A stretch of 54,007 bases of DNA, the filler included, from Basidiobolus ranarum (taxonomy: Eukaryota): NCBI GenBank assembly GCA_040143965.1. It is 3 parts of 3 records of this genome, joined end to end, with 100 filler letters (N's around TTAATTAATTAA, not from the genome) between each part and the next. Parts side by side here need not be neighbours in the genome. Positions count along the whole stretch, not along the records: positions 1 to 17,949 come from JASJQH010007162.1; 2 more parts are not named here. One strand, 5' to 3'. Shown in pieces: positions 1 through 12,754 of the stretch (the stretch's first letter is position 1; each line of letters begins with the position of its first letter). The position numbers and the translations under genes were made by a program. The notes under the pieces were generated by a model that had not been told where the DNA came from, searched no databases, and was given only the letters and a program-made list of their open reading frames with translations.

Positions 1-111
1 GCTATTCAAGAATAGTACATAATATTTAGTTGAGTCAGAGTCCAACAGGTTATTCAATCAGCTATTCAAGAATAGTACATAATATTTAGTTGAGTCAGAG
101 TCCAACAGGTT
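1..111. repeat. 60-bp-period tandem duplication
   Basis: Bases 1-51 recur exactly at 61-111. Confidence 0.9.
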
Positions 112-1160
112 TTTGTGATTCGTAAAATATTTGGTAGAATATAAACCTCCAATCACGAGCTAGTTCGGCAGAAATCTGGTTGAACGCTCACTTAAACCAT
201 TCTAAAGGACTCCTTGATTAAACGTTCCTAACGCTTTATAAGAAACAACTGTTACAATGCAACCATGGCGATATGTATTCTTCCTGTTGATGTGGCTAAA
301 CTAGGATTACCCCAAGTGTTGGATTTATATTCTACTAATAGATTGTATTCTTTCGTTTATTGCAAATAGCTACGAGGCACTCTGAACCTTTTCTTGATCA
401 ATTATTACCGAATTGTTACTAGTCTTGCCGTTTAACATGAAATAATTCACGAACAATCATTTCCAAATTTACTAATTCACTACTTTTTTGGGAGGCAAGT
501 GTACATATTCCTAATATGGACTGTAATGAAATGTCCATGCACAGAAAGATTGATCAGTGTTAAGATTCAAAAGAAATACATATCAAGACTAACCCTAAGG
601 ATCTTCTCATCTGCTAGCCACCAAAACCACGCAATTTGAATCTATAGATCTTAACCCTAAGATCATGCACATTGCTTACAAGATATATCCAGGCTAATGA
701 ATACATATTTATTGAGCTAATTCTAACTAAGCGCTCAAGAATGTCTATCAAAGCGCTCAAGAATGGTCAGCCCCATTATCGACATACACATTGTAGCTCT
801 ACTCTACTACCCTAATCCTGGCATTGTCCAGGTCAAGCCAATCATGAGTAATCACCATCGGATATAAATATATATACAACTTCAACCTTATCCTTAATGT
901 CATCGTCTTGCGACCAAGCACGCATCACGAGAGGGACATTTATAGCAGTGCAATAGATGCTATCTACATCCTTTTAACCTTGAGTCATCTTTTGAGAGAG
1001 AAGTAAATGCTCGCATATGGAATGTTTTTTGAATAGTCATATTAGATGTGGTTTCGTCTGTACTATATGATGGCTCGTTTTTACTAATCAATACCATACA
1101 ACTGATTTGGGGGTTGTCGCTTTTCCAAAACCAATCCCTCTCTCTGTCTTATCGGAGTTA

Positions 1161-1215
1161 ATTCATTTATTACTAAGCACTTGAGGTATTCATTTATTAC
1201 TAAGCATTTGAGGTA
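1161..1215. repeat. 27-bp tandem duplication
   Basis: ATTCATTTATTACTAAGCAYTTGAGGT twice, one mismatch. Confidence 0.9.
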
Positions 1216-3042
1216 CACTTGCCTGATTAGTTGACGTAATAAATGACAGACCGTACCCTCCGTTGCTGCGTATTGGTCAATAGATTTCGAATGCACCAGA
1301 AATGGGTTGTATCTTAATTACAATTTTCTAGCATATCCATACTTCTTCATAATGTTCCTTCACCTCTTAGCCAAGCCCTAACTGTAACCTCGGTTAGTTG
1401 TCATCCTACCTGCCCTGTTCTCTGTGCTTATTATCGAAACCTTATCCTCTTTCTATGCACAAAAATAGAAATGAGAGATTTAGTTCCATTATCATATCAC
1501 CACTAAAATAAGCCAAATCTCCTCAACATTGTAAATGATTATGGACGTCGCTGATTCATGAGCTAGTTGGTTAATGGGGATACATTCAGCCTAAATATTC
1601 TCAAGCAATGAGAATGATACCTAAGCTTAACAAAAATCTGGGATATTTCCAGGTGGGCTTTGATTACCAAAGTATTGCTTAAATCTTTTTAGATATAACA
1701 TGAATCTATATGAAAATCTCCTAATCCACCATCGCAGTTAATGATTTACTAGCTCCTGCATTTCAGAGGTTTGTAAACAAGGGGCAAGAATCATTTTTCC
1801 TAACCACAAGATACGTCACAATACTGTCAAAGTTGCAGCTAATACAAGCTACCTTAGGAATTTCGACTCCAAGGTTTTGCCAATGTGTCAGCTATGAAAC
1901 ACCCAAGGGAGAAGTTAAACTCCACCATCCCATGTTAGAAGGGATTTTTTATGCATTGTTACAATAACAGAGTATGTGGCAACAACTAGATACCAAAGCC
2001 TGTAGCTTCACAAGAAGAATACGGCGATCAGGCAAGTAGAATGAATAGAATTACTCAAACCGAAGATAAACCGGTTACAAAGATTTTTTGGCTTGATGAT
2101 CTCAATCGAAGCATACCGCTAAGTTCCGTGCCCCAACGAACCCAACGGTAAAAAGGACTTGATAATTACCCGTTTGTCTGGTAGTTTGTGAATGGTTAAT
2201 CGATACAAGTAAATTACTATCATAGATAATGCCATGGTTATGCATGCTATCAGTACAATAGTTGCTCTTCTAAAATCGAAGCAAGAAGAGGTGAAGCTTC
2301 CATAACAACAGTCGGAATAACAGGTAAAAGCCAAGTACCGTTCATAATTTTCAAGCTATGAAGATGATACAGAAAATGAAGTACGCGTCTGGGACGCAGC
2401 TAAGCACTTCGTTAGAGTGAATATATTATACAATTAAACGGTTGCGATTATATGGATTCCACGAAAAGGATAGGCGAAAGTTTCAACAATAATTGCTGTT
2501 ATGCTAGTATTCATAGTGATACTGAATCAAGTTGGTCTAAAGTCCCTAATGGCTTCGCGTGAATCCTGGCTATGTAGGGATTTTCGCATTTTTGAAATTT
2601 CAACCTGTCTCTATCAAATACCTTTTATACTATGAGGAGCGTCAACAACAAACGCCAAATACCTTTGGTCGGTTCAGTACAGATCGTCTTAGCAAATAAC
2701 TATCAAAATCTGGCTCCTTGGCAAAACTATCTTACAGATAATTGTTCCTGACCTTGAGCACGAGTCGACATAAGGTTAGGATTTTAATATTGCAAGGATA
2801 ATTACGTCGTCTATATTGAGATCATCCAAGGAATATTAGGGTTAGGGCAAAGTCCTACAGTTGACAAATCACAACCCATCTCCTAAGGTTTTTAAATAGA
2901 AAGCCGTCTCAGAATCGATATTGTAGGTTAAGTATATGTATAATATACTAGATTTAACTAGAATTTTTGACATTCAATCAGAAATTCTTATTTTAACCAA
3001 CAAATGGGACATTGTTTCTCAAAGTAACCCTTTACCTTGACT

Positions 3043-3723
3043 ATGACGATTATGACTTCTAGTTCACAAATGGATACGGACAGAATACTGAGACCAAAAC
3101 TAAAAGGAATTTTAAAGAGAACTTGTTTTCACGCGAAAGTTGATAAGTAGGTACAGCTTCTTCAGTGGTGGCGAGAGTTCCTTTTTACTAAAATAAACTA
3201 TTAGGGGTCGTTTGAAATGGGACGAACAAAATCTTCAACTGATAGAATCCCCAAAGAACCCTAAAAAACTGAAAGAATACAAGACACCTTATATTTACTA
3301 TGATTCAGTAAACGATGTATTGCTGAGTGATTTGAAAGGTAAGCAACAGAGTTTATAATACTTTATTAGTTTCGAAGTTTTAATATTCTGCCCTTATTTA
3401 TCCGATACCAGATATTCCTATTGTCACTGCTAATCCGCCCCCTTTAAAGTCCGAAAATACCTCCTTACCCTCCCACCCCTGCACCGAAAACGAATGCGAA
3501 GTGAAGACAGAGAGTAAGTGCCGATTTGATATTAAGACTTTGGTATTTTGGCATCTAATAACCGGAAATCTTGATAGACTCACTAATAGCGAGTCCGGAC
3601 TTGAGGAGAATCGACCAGTCTTCTAGGACTTCTAGTTCTTACTTCCAGTTCGATAGTGAAGATTCCGAGATGCAAGACATAAGCGAATTTAAAGAAGAGG
3701 GAATCAAGCCCATGGATGTTTGA
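3043..3723 (+). CDS. Protein phosphatase 1 inhibitor-2 (IPP2/Glc8)-like protein, spliced, absent from the ORF track
   Basis: Hand-spliced: in-frame ATGs at 3043/3052/3070, ...KLKGILKR, intron 3147-3204, GRLKWDEQNL...KEYKTPYIYYDS, two further GTAAG introns, acidic tail ending TGA 3721-3723. KGILK, KWDE and KTPY are I-2 hallmarks. Confidence 0.75.
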
Positions 3724-4258
3724 AACCAAGAATTGATACCTTCATTTTTGCTTTGGATTCGTATCTGTGACTTAGTTCAGCACTTTGTATCACATTTTCT
3801 TTCGACTCTACCCATATTCTGTTGAACACCGTCTCTCCCTTTAATTCATTGTAAAAAGCAGATTTTTTTGAGAATCAACTGAATTTTCTATGTTCGAATT
3901 TCGACTTGTATGCTTGAAGCATGGTGACTCTAAGATCGAATAGCTACACAGATAGCTACACATACACAAGTGGCAATTTGGATCACTCCATGATAAGTAA
4001 TAAACATGATCAAGACATTTCATTATTTTTAGGTTAGTTTTCGGTTATGTATTTGGATTGGATTAAGGATAAGCTGATTACAGTGTAGGCTTTGCTATTT
4101 CTAAGAGTCTTTAAGCGATATGAATTAAAATAACAATGGGAATCTAGATAGGGATCGGGGTAAGAGTGGTTCAGGCTGGTGAAATGTACAAAGGAGTGCG
4201 CTCTACAATATTGGGATTATAAAATATTCAACACGCGAATGGATAAGCGGACAGCGGG

Positions 4259-4888
4259 CTACCACGGAAATGGCTTGTTTTGGGTAGAACAAGGCAAATT
4301 GGACGTCTCAAAGATAGATTGATATTTCTCCGATGCCGGCTTGGCGATGCCGCTTGGGAGCATATTCTCATTATGAACGAAGCAGCAACGTTTACCATAA
4401 GGACACGTACCATTCTCCCAAAAAGTACGACACATCTGAGTCTTATACTTTGGATGCTTAGGAACTTGACGTAGCTCATGTGACCCGTGTGCGAATTGGC
4501 ATTTTAACCCATATCGACATTCTCCTTTCTCCTCGAAAGATTTGCAGAACTCTGTTTTGTATAGAAGTAGGTTTTTGATGTTTACATTTGCCCCCGCACC
4601 AGCAATAGATTTGGAAAGAGAGCTCTCTGACTCCTGGTAATCTAGAGGAAAGCTCCCAACTATGCTACTAAGGCTTGATAAGGTAGAGCTACTCGAATTT
4701 GTACGAGAGTGGGTAAAGGATGGAACCCCAGTGTTGTACCACATACTCTGACTATGAGGGCCAGTGTGATCTGAAGAGAGTCGGTCTGCTGTTCCAAACA
4801 AGGTATAAGTGTTGGTAGGTTCGGTATAGGCCGGCTCCGTGGTGCGTCTAAATAGAATTCCTGAATCGAAAGAGGTGTGCATAACCAT
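4259..4888 (-). CDS. TIS11/Cth1-family tandem CCCH zinc-finger mRNA decay protein
   Basis: LYKTEFC-x8-C-x5-C-x3-H and KYKTQMC-x8-C-x5-C-x3-H; first in-frame ATG at 4888 (the track start at 4942 is TTG). Confidence 0.9.
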   Translation of the reverse strand: MVMHTSFDSGILFRRTTEPAYTEPTNTYTLFGTADRLSSDHTGPHSQSMWYNTGVPSFTHSRTNSSSSTLSSLSSIVGSFPLDYQESESSLSKSIAGAGANVNIKNLLLYKTEFCKSFEEKGECRYGLKCQFAHGSHELRQVPKHPKYKTQMCRTFWENGTCPYGKRCCFVHNENMLPSGIAKPASEKYQSIFETSNLPCSTQNKPFPW

Positions 4889-6006
4889 TTTGAGTTTCAA
4901 AAGCAATGATATTAGATCGTGTTTAAAGGCTAAGTTTTCCAAATTTAATCCGTGGTTAAATTGTGATCAAAGGAAATTCGAGATTTAAAAATAAACAAGG
5001 TGAATTGAAATAAATCAACGCTAGTTTCTCTCACTTTCTGAGGAACAGGAAGAGCTGGTGAGAGGATGTCGTTTCATGTTAGTCTCTAGCAAGTATTTAT
5101 AGCTCGTATGGTTCAACGATAAGCACTTCATTCGGACATTTTCATATGTTCCTATCGACTTTACAGCAAAGTATGCTGCTTCTAAATTGTGAAGTAAGAT
5201 CATCAATCAGAGTTTTTGGATGGTAACAAGAGTGAATTGATCACCCCTGCGGATCGTATGTTGATTTTATCCATTGTGGAACAAGAAATTGGAACGAATA
5301 GATGCGTCAACTATATAAACCCATGAATCGCAGTTTTATGTACTGCGCAGATGGGCATTCACACAGGGTAGATTGGATCTGTTCCTGGTAAATTAAGAAA
5401 ACCCAAGAAAAATTCGATTGCCTAGTCAGTCGTAATGAAAGACCTAAAAGGTGTTGCTAGGATATGCACTAGACCCCTTTATAGATGACTTCATTTCAGT
5501 GCAATAGCAGAAACCAATCGTCACTTTTCATCTGTGCGCCTTCTAATCTAGAAAAACCAGCAAACAAAGGGCACACTGAGACTTTCATTCGTCTTTGAAA
5601 TGCTTCTGAAGTGTTCACCCCAATCGTCAGTTTCTACAACCTAGATCCATTCCCCTCTCGGGAACCCTACACGACCCGATGAGAAATCTCTAGGTAAAGC
5701 GTGGAAGTAGACAGAGATTTCAGATGAATACAAGTAAAATCTACAGCTGACAGGTGGTCTATCGGTGTAAGCAGTATCTTCTGTGTAACAGTGATTAAGC
5801 TAAACTTCCGGAAATACCACGTGTGGGAAACAAAATGTGAGAAAGAAACATCACTAACCGCATTTACTTACATGAAGTTGTCCCTAAATCCAGTGAGAAT
5901 ATAAAGATAAACTAAAACTTGTCAATAAACCCAATGACAATATGGAGATAAACTAGAACTTGTTTACCACGCTCTCACGTATATCGGCACTTGCACTGAA
6001 TCTCCC

Positions 6007-6077
6007 GCCTCCATGAATAGATTACACTTGTATATTGCCTCCATGAATAGATTACGCTTGTATATTGCCTCCATGAA
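6007..6077. repeat. 30-bp tandem repeat, about 2.4 copies
   Basis: GCCTCCATGAATAGATTACRCTTGTATATT repeated. Confidence 0.85.
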
Positions 6078-7224
6078 CCCACTATACTTCAACTCCTCAT
6101 CCACGAAGACATCCTCTTAAACTATAACTCCTCTATATTGATCGACATTTCAATCAAAATTTGAGTAGGGGTCTCTTTGTAGGGGTCTGAACTGATTTTG
6201 TTAGTGAAGCGATATTTGATTAGATTGATTCGAGATAAGTGTATATTTGTATACAACCCTACATCACCGAGATCACACCACTTTTCATCAACAGGCATCA
6301 GCGGCCAATATGTAATAGATTAGACCAGAGTACCAGACGCTAGTAACATCCTTCATGTTGACGGAAGTAAAGTTAGGGTAAACGAAATCTTAGTCAGATA
6401 CAAAAGAAACTGAGACTTAAGCTAGGATCTAAGCTAGCCTAGAAGATCCGATATTCGCAAGAATTATCATACATCGCGAGTTATGTTTGCTTAGGTGCTG
6501 TAGGAGCGAAAAATATATGGCGATTCGGTAAGGTTCGTTGAAGATCGAATCTACTCCATTCTCTCGCCTCAATTCGCCTCAATTCTGAGTGGTCAAGCAA
6601 AGCAATGATGGTTTGATGGATCTAGACTTTTGTTGGGTTGGGTGATCTAAAAGGTAACAGTAGGAGGTGCTGATTGAGAACCATCATTTCATTCGGGTTA
6701 GGGTTCTGCTGTCTGGCTCTATCCTCTACTCAATTCAACATAATTCACCCTATTTAAAATACCCATATTGCCATCTCGAGATTTTTCAAATATTCACGCT
6801 GTGTAGTTTAATAACTTGGAATCCCATTTCCTAGTTCACCCATTTTGTTGATTCACTAATCTACCAATTGCTACAGTGCATGACCCTAACCAATTAAACT
6901 CATGCATGGGTACAACGCACTACAAGCGCAAAACTATAAATAGTGACCCATCGCCTACCTAGTTCGTTTGATAGGATACTACTACCTTTTCATTTCTTTC
7001 ATCACCAGACTGGTGTATTTTGTGATTTTTTATTTCGATTTCCCTAGTTATATTCCTCAGAGTACACCGATTTGAGGGGATATAACTGTACTGTCATTAA
7101 ATTTATATTACACTCCCAGGGTTATCTTTCGCTCATCTAATTTCTTGATAATTTCTAAATTGTGTTGCTACGCAAACAATTGGCAACGTTTATTTTACGC
7201 TAGTAGCCTTTGAGTTTCAAAAAC

Positions 7225-9851
7225 ATGCCTTTAAGCCCTGAAAGTTCGGTAGAATCCACCAACGAAGAAGAGGTCAATTCTTCCGACGAATCCGATGAGG
7301 TAGATATTCGGTTTGAATAAGGAATACCATTCAATGGGCAACTCATTCCACACTTCCTCATTTCGAGTTTATGATACGCTCCATAACAAAGCTAGTTTCT
7401 CTAGCTTTGAAACTGTTTATGGATATTTCCACTTCTGGCGTAACACCACTTCTAACGTAGTCAATTTTCTAGTCCTCCTGTGTCATTTGTGGTGGTGAAG
7501 ACGGAAGTAAAAGGAACGCCATTGTATTTTGCGACGGTGAAGGTTTTTTTCAATTTTCATACAAGATTTATGCAGCATTTTTTAACTCAACAATTTCTAA
7601 ATACTTTCCAATTCTTTCCCCTAATTTATTTTACTTTTGCACTCTTCTTTATATGCGATCCATTGTGTAACAACAATAGGCTGTGACATTCCAGTTCATC
7701 AAAGTTAGTATTATCTACATACAGATGTCACTTACTTTGACAGAAATCCTTAACTTACGATCAATATGCTAATTCGAATAACTATATAGGATGTTATGGA
7801 ATCGACGTAGTACCACCGGGAAATCAAAAGTGGTTTTGTCAACGTTGTGCAGATAAAATACCCGTTGATCAAACGGTAAGTGCATCGAAAGTCAGTACGA
7901 TTGCACCTATTTATTTTTATGATGGGTTATTTTACCTTCAATTCCGAATTCCCTAGATCCCAATCTGCTGTGACAAGACGGAGGGGGCTTTCAAAAGAAC
8001 CGACATCCCTGGAAGCTATATTCATGTACTATGTGCCAAGTGGAATCCCGCCATCGACAAGTCTAAGGAACCCTGGTGTGTTTCTTCACTCCTACAAGAG
8101 TCTCAGGTAATTTCCAAATGAATACATCAATCATATCCTTGTTTAATACTCACTGAGCAATTCATCCTTCTACAGATATGTTACCTGTGCGAAAAGTCAT
8201 CCGGAATCTGTACACAATGCAGCTATTCCAAAGCCATGGAGAATGGATCAATACGTAAATGTAAACGGTTTGTACTCAATTACAGATAGTAAACTGAAAT
8301 CGATTGATGATACTAATCGCAGGTACTCCCCTCTAGTTGGTTTCATGTAACCTGTGCTGTTGACGCAGAGATTCTAGCCCTTAATGGGAATCAAGGAAGC
8401 AGTAAGCTCGGCTTGATGTGTCGTGAACACAAAGAGGAACATCAGAAAAATCGACGTAATAACTTAAGAAAACGCGGCTCCATCTCAGTTGTCACTCCCA
8501 CAAAGAAAAGGAAAGTTACCAATCAGAAGGAGAAAGAGAAGGATGAAAGTGACTCCGAATCTGAAGAAGATGAGGAAGACGTTGAGGGTGATGGCTGGCA
8601 AGATCCACAAAATGCCAACGGAAATGGTAGTCGTGTGTCAGAAGATGAATCTGAAAAGTCAGACGCTGAACTTGGCACCAATGGCAATAGTGATGTAGAT
8701 GAAGCGAAGGAGAGAGCCCGTAGGCCATTTAGAAATACCCTACAGGAGATATTAAATGGAAAACGTTCCACTACTTCAAGTTTACCCTCATCATCTCAGT
8801 CGGTAAATGGACATAAGCATAGGCAGCCTAAGACCACTCCCAAGGGTATCACTAAGAATGCCAAAAGCAACAATTCCGAGGAGGTATGTATTTCTCCCAC
8901 TTGAAGTTAGAAATAAACTAAACCATATTTTTGTTAGGCAAGTGATAAACAAGCTTCACCTAGCACCCAGGCATCACCAAAAGTTTCACCCAAAATACCG
9001 TCACACGAGACCAGTCCAGAAAATCAGAAATCCAAATCACCTCCAACCAACGCATCCACCCGTCACCAATCCCACGATTCAAATGGGACTGTAGTTAAAA
9101 AGGAACTTTCAGAACCGGCCCAAATGAAATCACCAAACCAAGAGGAACTGGAACTAATGTCTTTCTGTGAAATGTACTTAGCCGATCAACAGCCTCGATT
9201 AGCCACCCTAGAGAGTATAATACATCGTATGTTGTTCTATCAGTCATAATCACTAGGCTTTATTCTCACCTGGCTAATCTTAATATAGGGATGAAATATG
9301 GACCAACCCCCAGTCACAAAGAAGAATCTATTTCGATCACCAAAAAGGAACCATCCCCACTGCATTCAAGGTTTTCAAGATCAGCACCATCACGTGCCAA
9401 TACATCCACCCAAACGCAGCCCTTGGAAACCACCGATTCGAAACAGCCATCGCAGACTGAGTTATTAAAGCAGATAGAAGAACTTCAACAAAAATTACAA
9501 GACTCCGATAATACGTTCAGTCGCTTCAAATCCATTCAAACTAGTGAAACACATCGACTTCGCAGTGATTGTGAGCATCTATCGAAGGAAAATCACGTCA
9601 TTAAGCAACAACTGCAAGACATACGAAATGATTATCTTAAACTAATGAACTCATCTCGGAATTTACGGAGCAATCTAGTCGCAATCTTCGAGTATCTCAA
9701 ACTACCCCATCAAAAGGGACCGGTTGATTTGCAAACTATTGATGACCGGGTTCGAGAGCTGGGTGACATTATTCGGAGAACCAACATCGATGAGAGGAAG
9801 CGACGGGATGTGATTAGCAAAGTGTTGAAGGATGTAGATAATGCCAAATAA
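7225..9851 (+). CDS. PZP (PHD-Zn knuckle-PHD) chromatin protein, AF10/BRPF/Nto1 group, with C-terminal coiled coil; multi-exon
   Basis: Spliced exons give CVICGGEDGSKRNAIVFCDG(EG)CDIPVHQ, CYGIDVVPPGNQKWFCQRC, CCDKTEGAFKRT..YIHVLCAKW, CYLCEKSSGICTQC, WFHVTCA. ORFs 8413-8904 and 9291-9851 are later exons (acidic/basic low complexity, heptad-rich tail). Confidence 0.85.
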
Positions 9852-11045
9852 ATCATCAAACTGTCTATTGATAAAAGCATAATATTTCTAGAGGAAAGGA
9901 AAGGGAAGGAAAGGGACGATTGAGTATGCGAGTCACTCTGCCTATGGCCAATATTTCCTCTACCTACTTCTAACGAAACCGTCTCCTTTCGTGACCAAAG
10001 CCCATGTTATTCGCACCTTTGTTATTTTAGAGTAAATGAAGTGTCTATATTTCAATGATTCTTGCAATTCTCTAGGGTTCTGTTCACCACTTCGCTTAAT
10101 CCATTTCACCACCATTACTCGCACCTCCTCACCTGTGAACAAGTATCCAATTTTCAATAGATTTTCACATTACCAAAGTAATCCTAATTTAACCATATTT
10201 GAAGGGTGCACAGACATAGGCATTAGCAACCAGTAATTTGATTCTTTTTTTTGGAGAAATATGTATGAAATTTCTAGAAACCTTCACACGAACCCAAATT
10301 TTATAATGGCCAAGAAAATTCCAAGAATGTATTGCATCCATTGAAAACCCCAGTAATATTTTAGACATCTATTCCTACTTTACAACCTTAAAATCATTGT
10401 ATATATATATATATATAAATAGGAGGGAATCGAACCATTTAATACTTGAAATTTGCATGTTCTTTTTTGAAACATCAAACGTGTCAATTATCAAACCATG
10501 ATGTGAAAGAACAATACCGAGAAATCAATGGGAATTCTAAGAAATATTGGGTATGACTGACACATAAAATATACTTGATATGTGGAAATTTTGCTTGAAT
10601 TTCGACCCAGTTTCTCGAAATCAAATAGATTCAATTAAACTTGTTTAATCAAAATGAATCTAAACATTCCAAAAATTCAAATCCAAGGACCACATATTAT
10701 TGGGGGAGGGGGGAATGGAAGGGAAGGGAGAGGTTTTTTTTGCAATCTGACCAAAGAATTTCATATTCATCGAGATGTCAGAAGGTAGAATGAAGGTGAA
10801 CGGGCAAATGAAGATAAAGGAGAAGGCAAAGGTGAAGATGAAAGAAGAAATGTCGAGGCATGATTTGGATTCCTTCATTGACAAAGAAAGAAATTCCATA
10901 GGATTTTATCGGATGTTGGAGATACCAATTGTTTTAGGTGTCGATAGGAAAGTAGAACAAATGGCAGCAAGATATACATGAAGAAGACGAACTGGTAGAT
11001 ATCTCATTTTAAAGGGGTGTATGTCGATATTATGGTTGGGTATTC

Positions 11046-12313
11046 TCACTTTGGAAAGTATGAGGCAGTCGTCATTAAAAGATTTAATGGGTCTTTGGGC
11101 GTTTTAAATATATCTCCATCTTGATATCCTCCCTGGGCTGGATGAATATCTATAGAAGTACCCAGCGGAGGTCCTGGGGGTGGTGAATTTTCAAGTGGAG
11201 AATACCGTGGAGTCACTGGTGTACTAGGCCTAGGACTACTTAACATCATGATCGTTTCGGCTGCCTCAAATGCCGGGGATGTGGACCGAGATCTACGGGA
11301 AATATTGTCCAAACTCTCAGGGAATTTGTTGAAACCAACAGGTGGTAGAAAATCTGGCTTAGATGGAAGATACTGTACATCTAGAACTGTAGAACTACGG
11401 GGAAGCAATGGTCGTGGTGGTGTAGTAAACTCCAATGGATTATGAATACCAAATGTATCCCCGGTAATGGAATTAACAAATGGATTTAGATTCTCCTTAT
11501 CTGCATCCTTTACATTAGATTTCGGGGTGGAATTTAAAAGGGAACCTTTCAATGCTTTTCGATTTAATTTGCAACCCAAGTTAGAGGCAGTTGGACTCTT
11601 GGAGTGTTGATTATTATAAATATTGGTACTAGAGTTGAAGGTCGGCCGTGGTGTTAATGGTCTATTATATTTTACTTCAGCGGAAAGTTTACGTTTATGT
11701 CCAACGGAAAGGGGCGTCCTAGGCACCACAAATTCTGTCTCTCGTGTAGTAAAGGTATGATTAGAAGTAGGTGGATTTATCGAAGGATTTCCTTTATCTA
11801 CTTCACGTGTTTCATGATAAAGTTGTTGAACTTCACCAAAAGACCGGTTCTCCCAACCGTGGTGAATTTTGAACGTAGCATAAGTGAGACGTGTTTTAAG
11901 CATCCTAAGATACTGTATTTCATTTATATGAATACCACCACGAAAATAAGGATAAAAAAAGTAAGAGTGAATGTTAGAAATTTCTTCACTTAAAAAACTG
12001 AATGGAGTTAAAGTGTTTTTAAAAGGAAACAAACAACCCGGCGCCACGTGGTATCACTTCAATATGAGTGTTAGTGACGCCGAAGTAGTGTCAACACGGG
12101 GTATATGTAAATGGAAAATTTCCTTTCTGTAGAAAGTGTTGGTTCTGCGGGATTTTATTTACAATTTACCTTCATAGTATTGGCTCTCTCGAGAACATTG
12201 TTTCTAGCTTCGGCCTGATTCAACTCCACACTGAAGGAGGTGGAGATAGCAAGCTTCTTTGTGCAAGTGTGAGATTCGTTTTCGGAATCGATAAGATTTT
12301 TAATGGAAAACAT
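11046..12313 (-). CDS. Whi5/Nrm1-like G1/S transcriptional repressor (2 exons, intron 11913-12169)
   Basis: GTB motif LKTRLTYATFKIHHGWENRSFGEVQQL and many S/T-P sites. Exon 1 from ATG 12313 (MFSIKNLI...NTMK) joins in phase 0 via GTAAAT...CAG. Confidence 0.8.
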
Positions 12314-12732
12314 TGAGGGGGGGAAGAACGCTAAAACGAATAGACACTCTTATTATTTTCTAGTTGCTGTTCCTAGTAATAATCGAGGCGGGATAAAAGT
12401 TGGAGGAGAGGTGAGGTTAGCAAGATAGTTTGGCGAAGGAGTAAAGACAAGACAGGGGTGGGGTGGGACTAAAGAAACGTTTTATCACCTATCCAGGATA
12501 CCATCACACCAGTTGAATGGCTACTGGATGGTTCCAAAGGGTTTGAATAGGATCAGGATCTTTCTTTTAGCCAATATATGCGAGTCGAGATGGGCAAAAG
12601 AATTTTTTTAGTAGGACTTCTCTCTTTTAAGTTATTTATCACTTACAGCCATAACCAATCCTTTGAAGATATCAATATCCAATCTCTTATCGCATTGGAC
12701 CTATTTAGTTACACCACTTGGCCCCAAATTAG

Positions 12733-12754
12733 ACGCGCGTTCAATGCGCGAGAC
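12733..12754. promoter_or_regulatory. Candidate MCB/E2F-like CGCG elements upstream of the Whi5-like gene
   Basis: ACGCGCGT and TGCGCGAGAC about 420 bp upstream of the ATG; another GGCGCG at 13180. Confidence 0.4.

Noticed and set aside
120-2600. Degenerate retroelement remnant
   Set aside because: Gene-free and contains a weak LPxxxxxLGLP-like patch, but no RT, RNase H or integrase motif could be established.
1-6077. CRISPR-like arrays from short repeats
   Set aside because: These are head-to-tail duplications of 2-3 units with no unique spacers, in a eukaryote with no cas genes.
10660-10981. ORFs in a purine-skewed stretch
   Set aside because: Low-complexity sequence just downstream of the Whi5-like stop, most likely 3' UTR.
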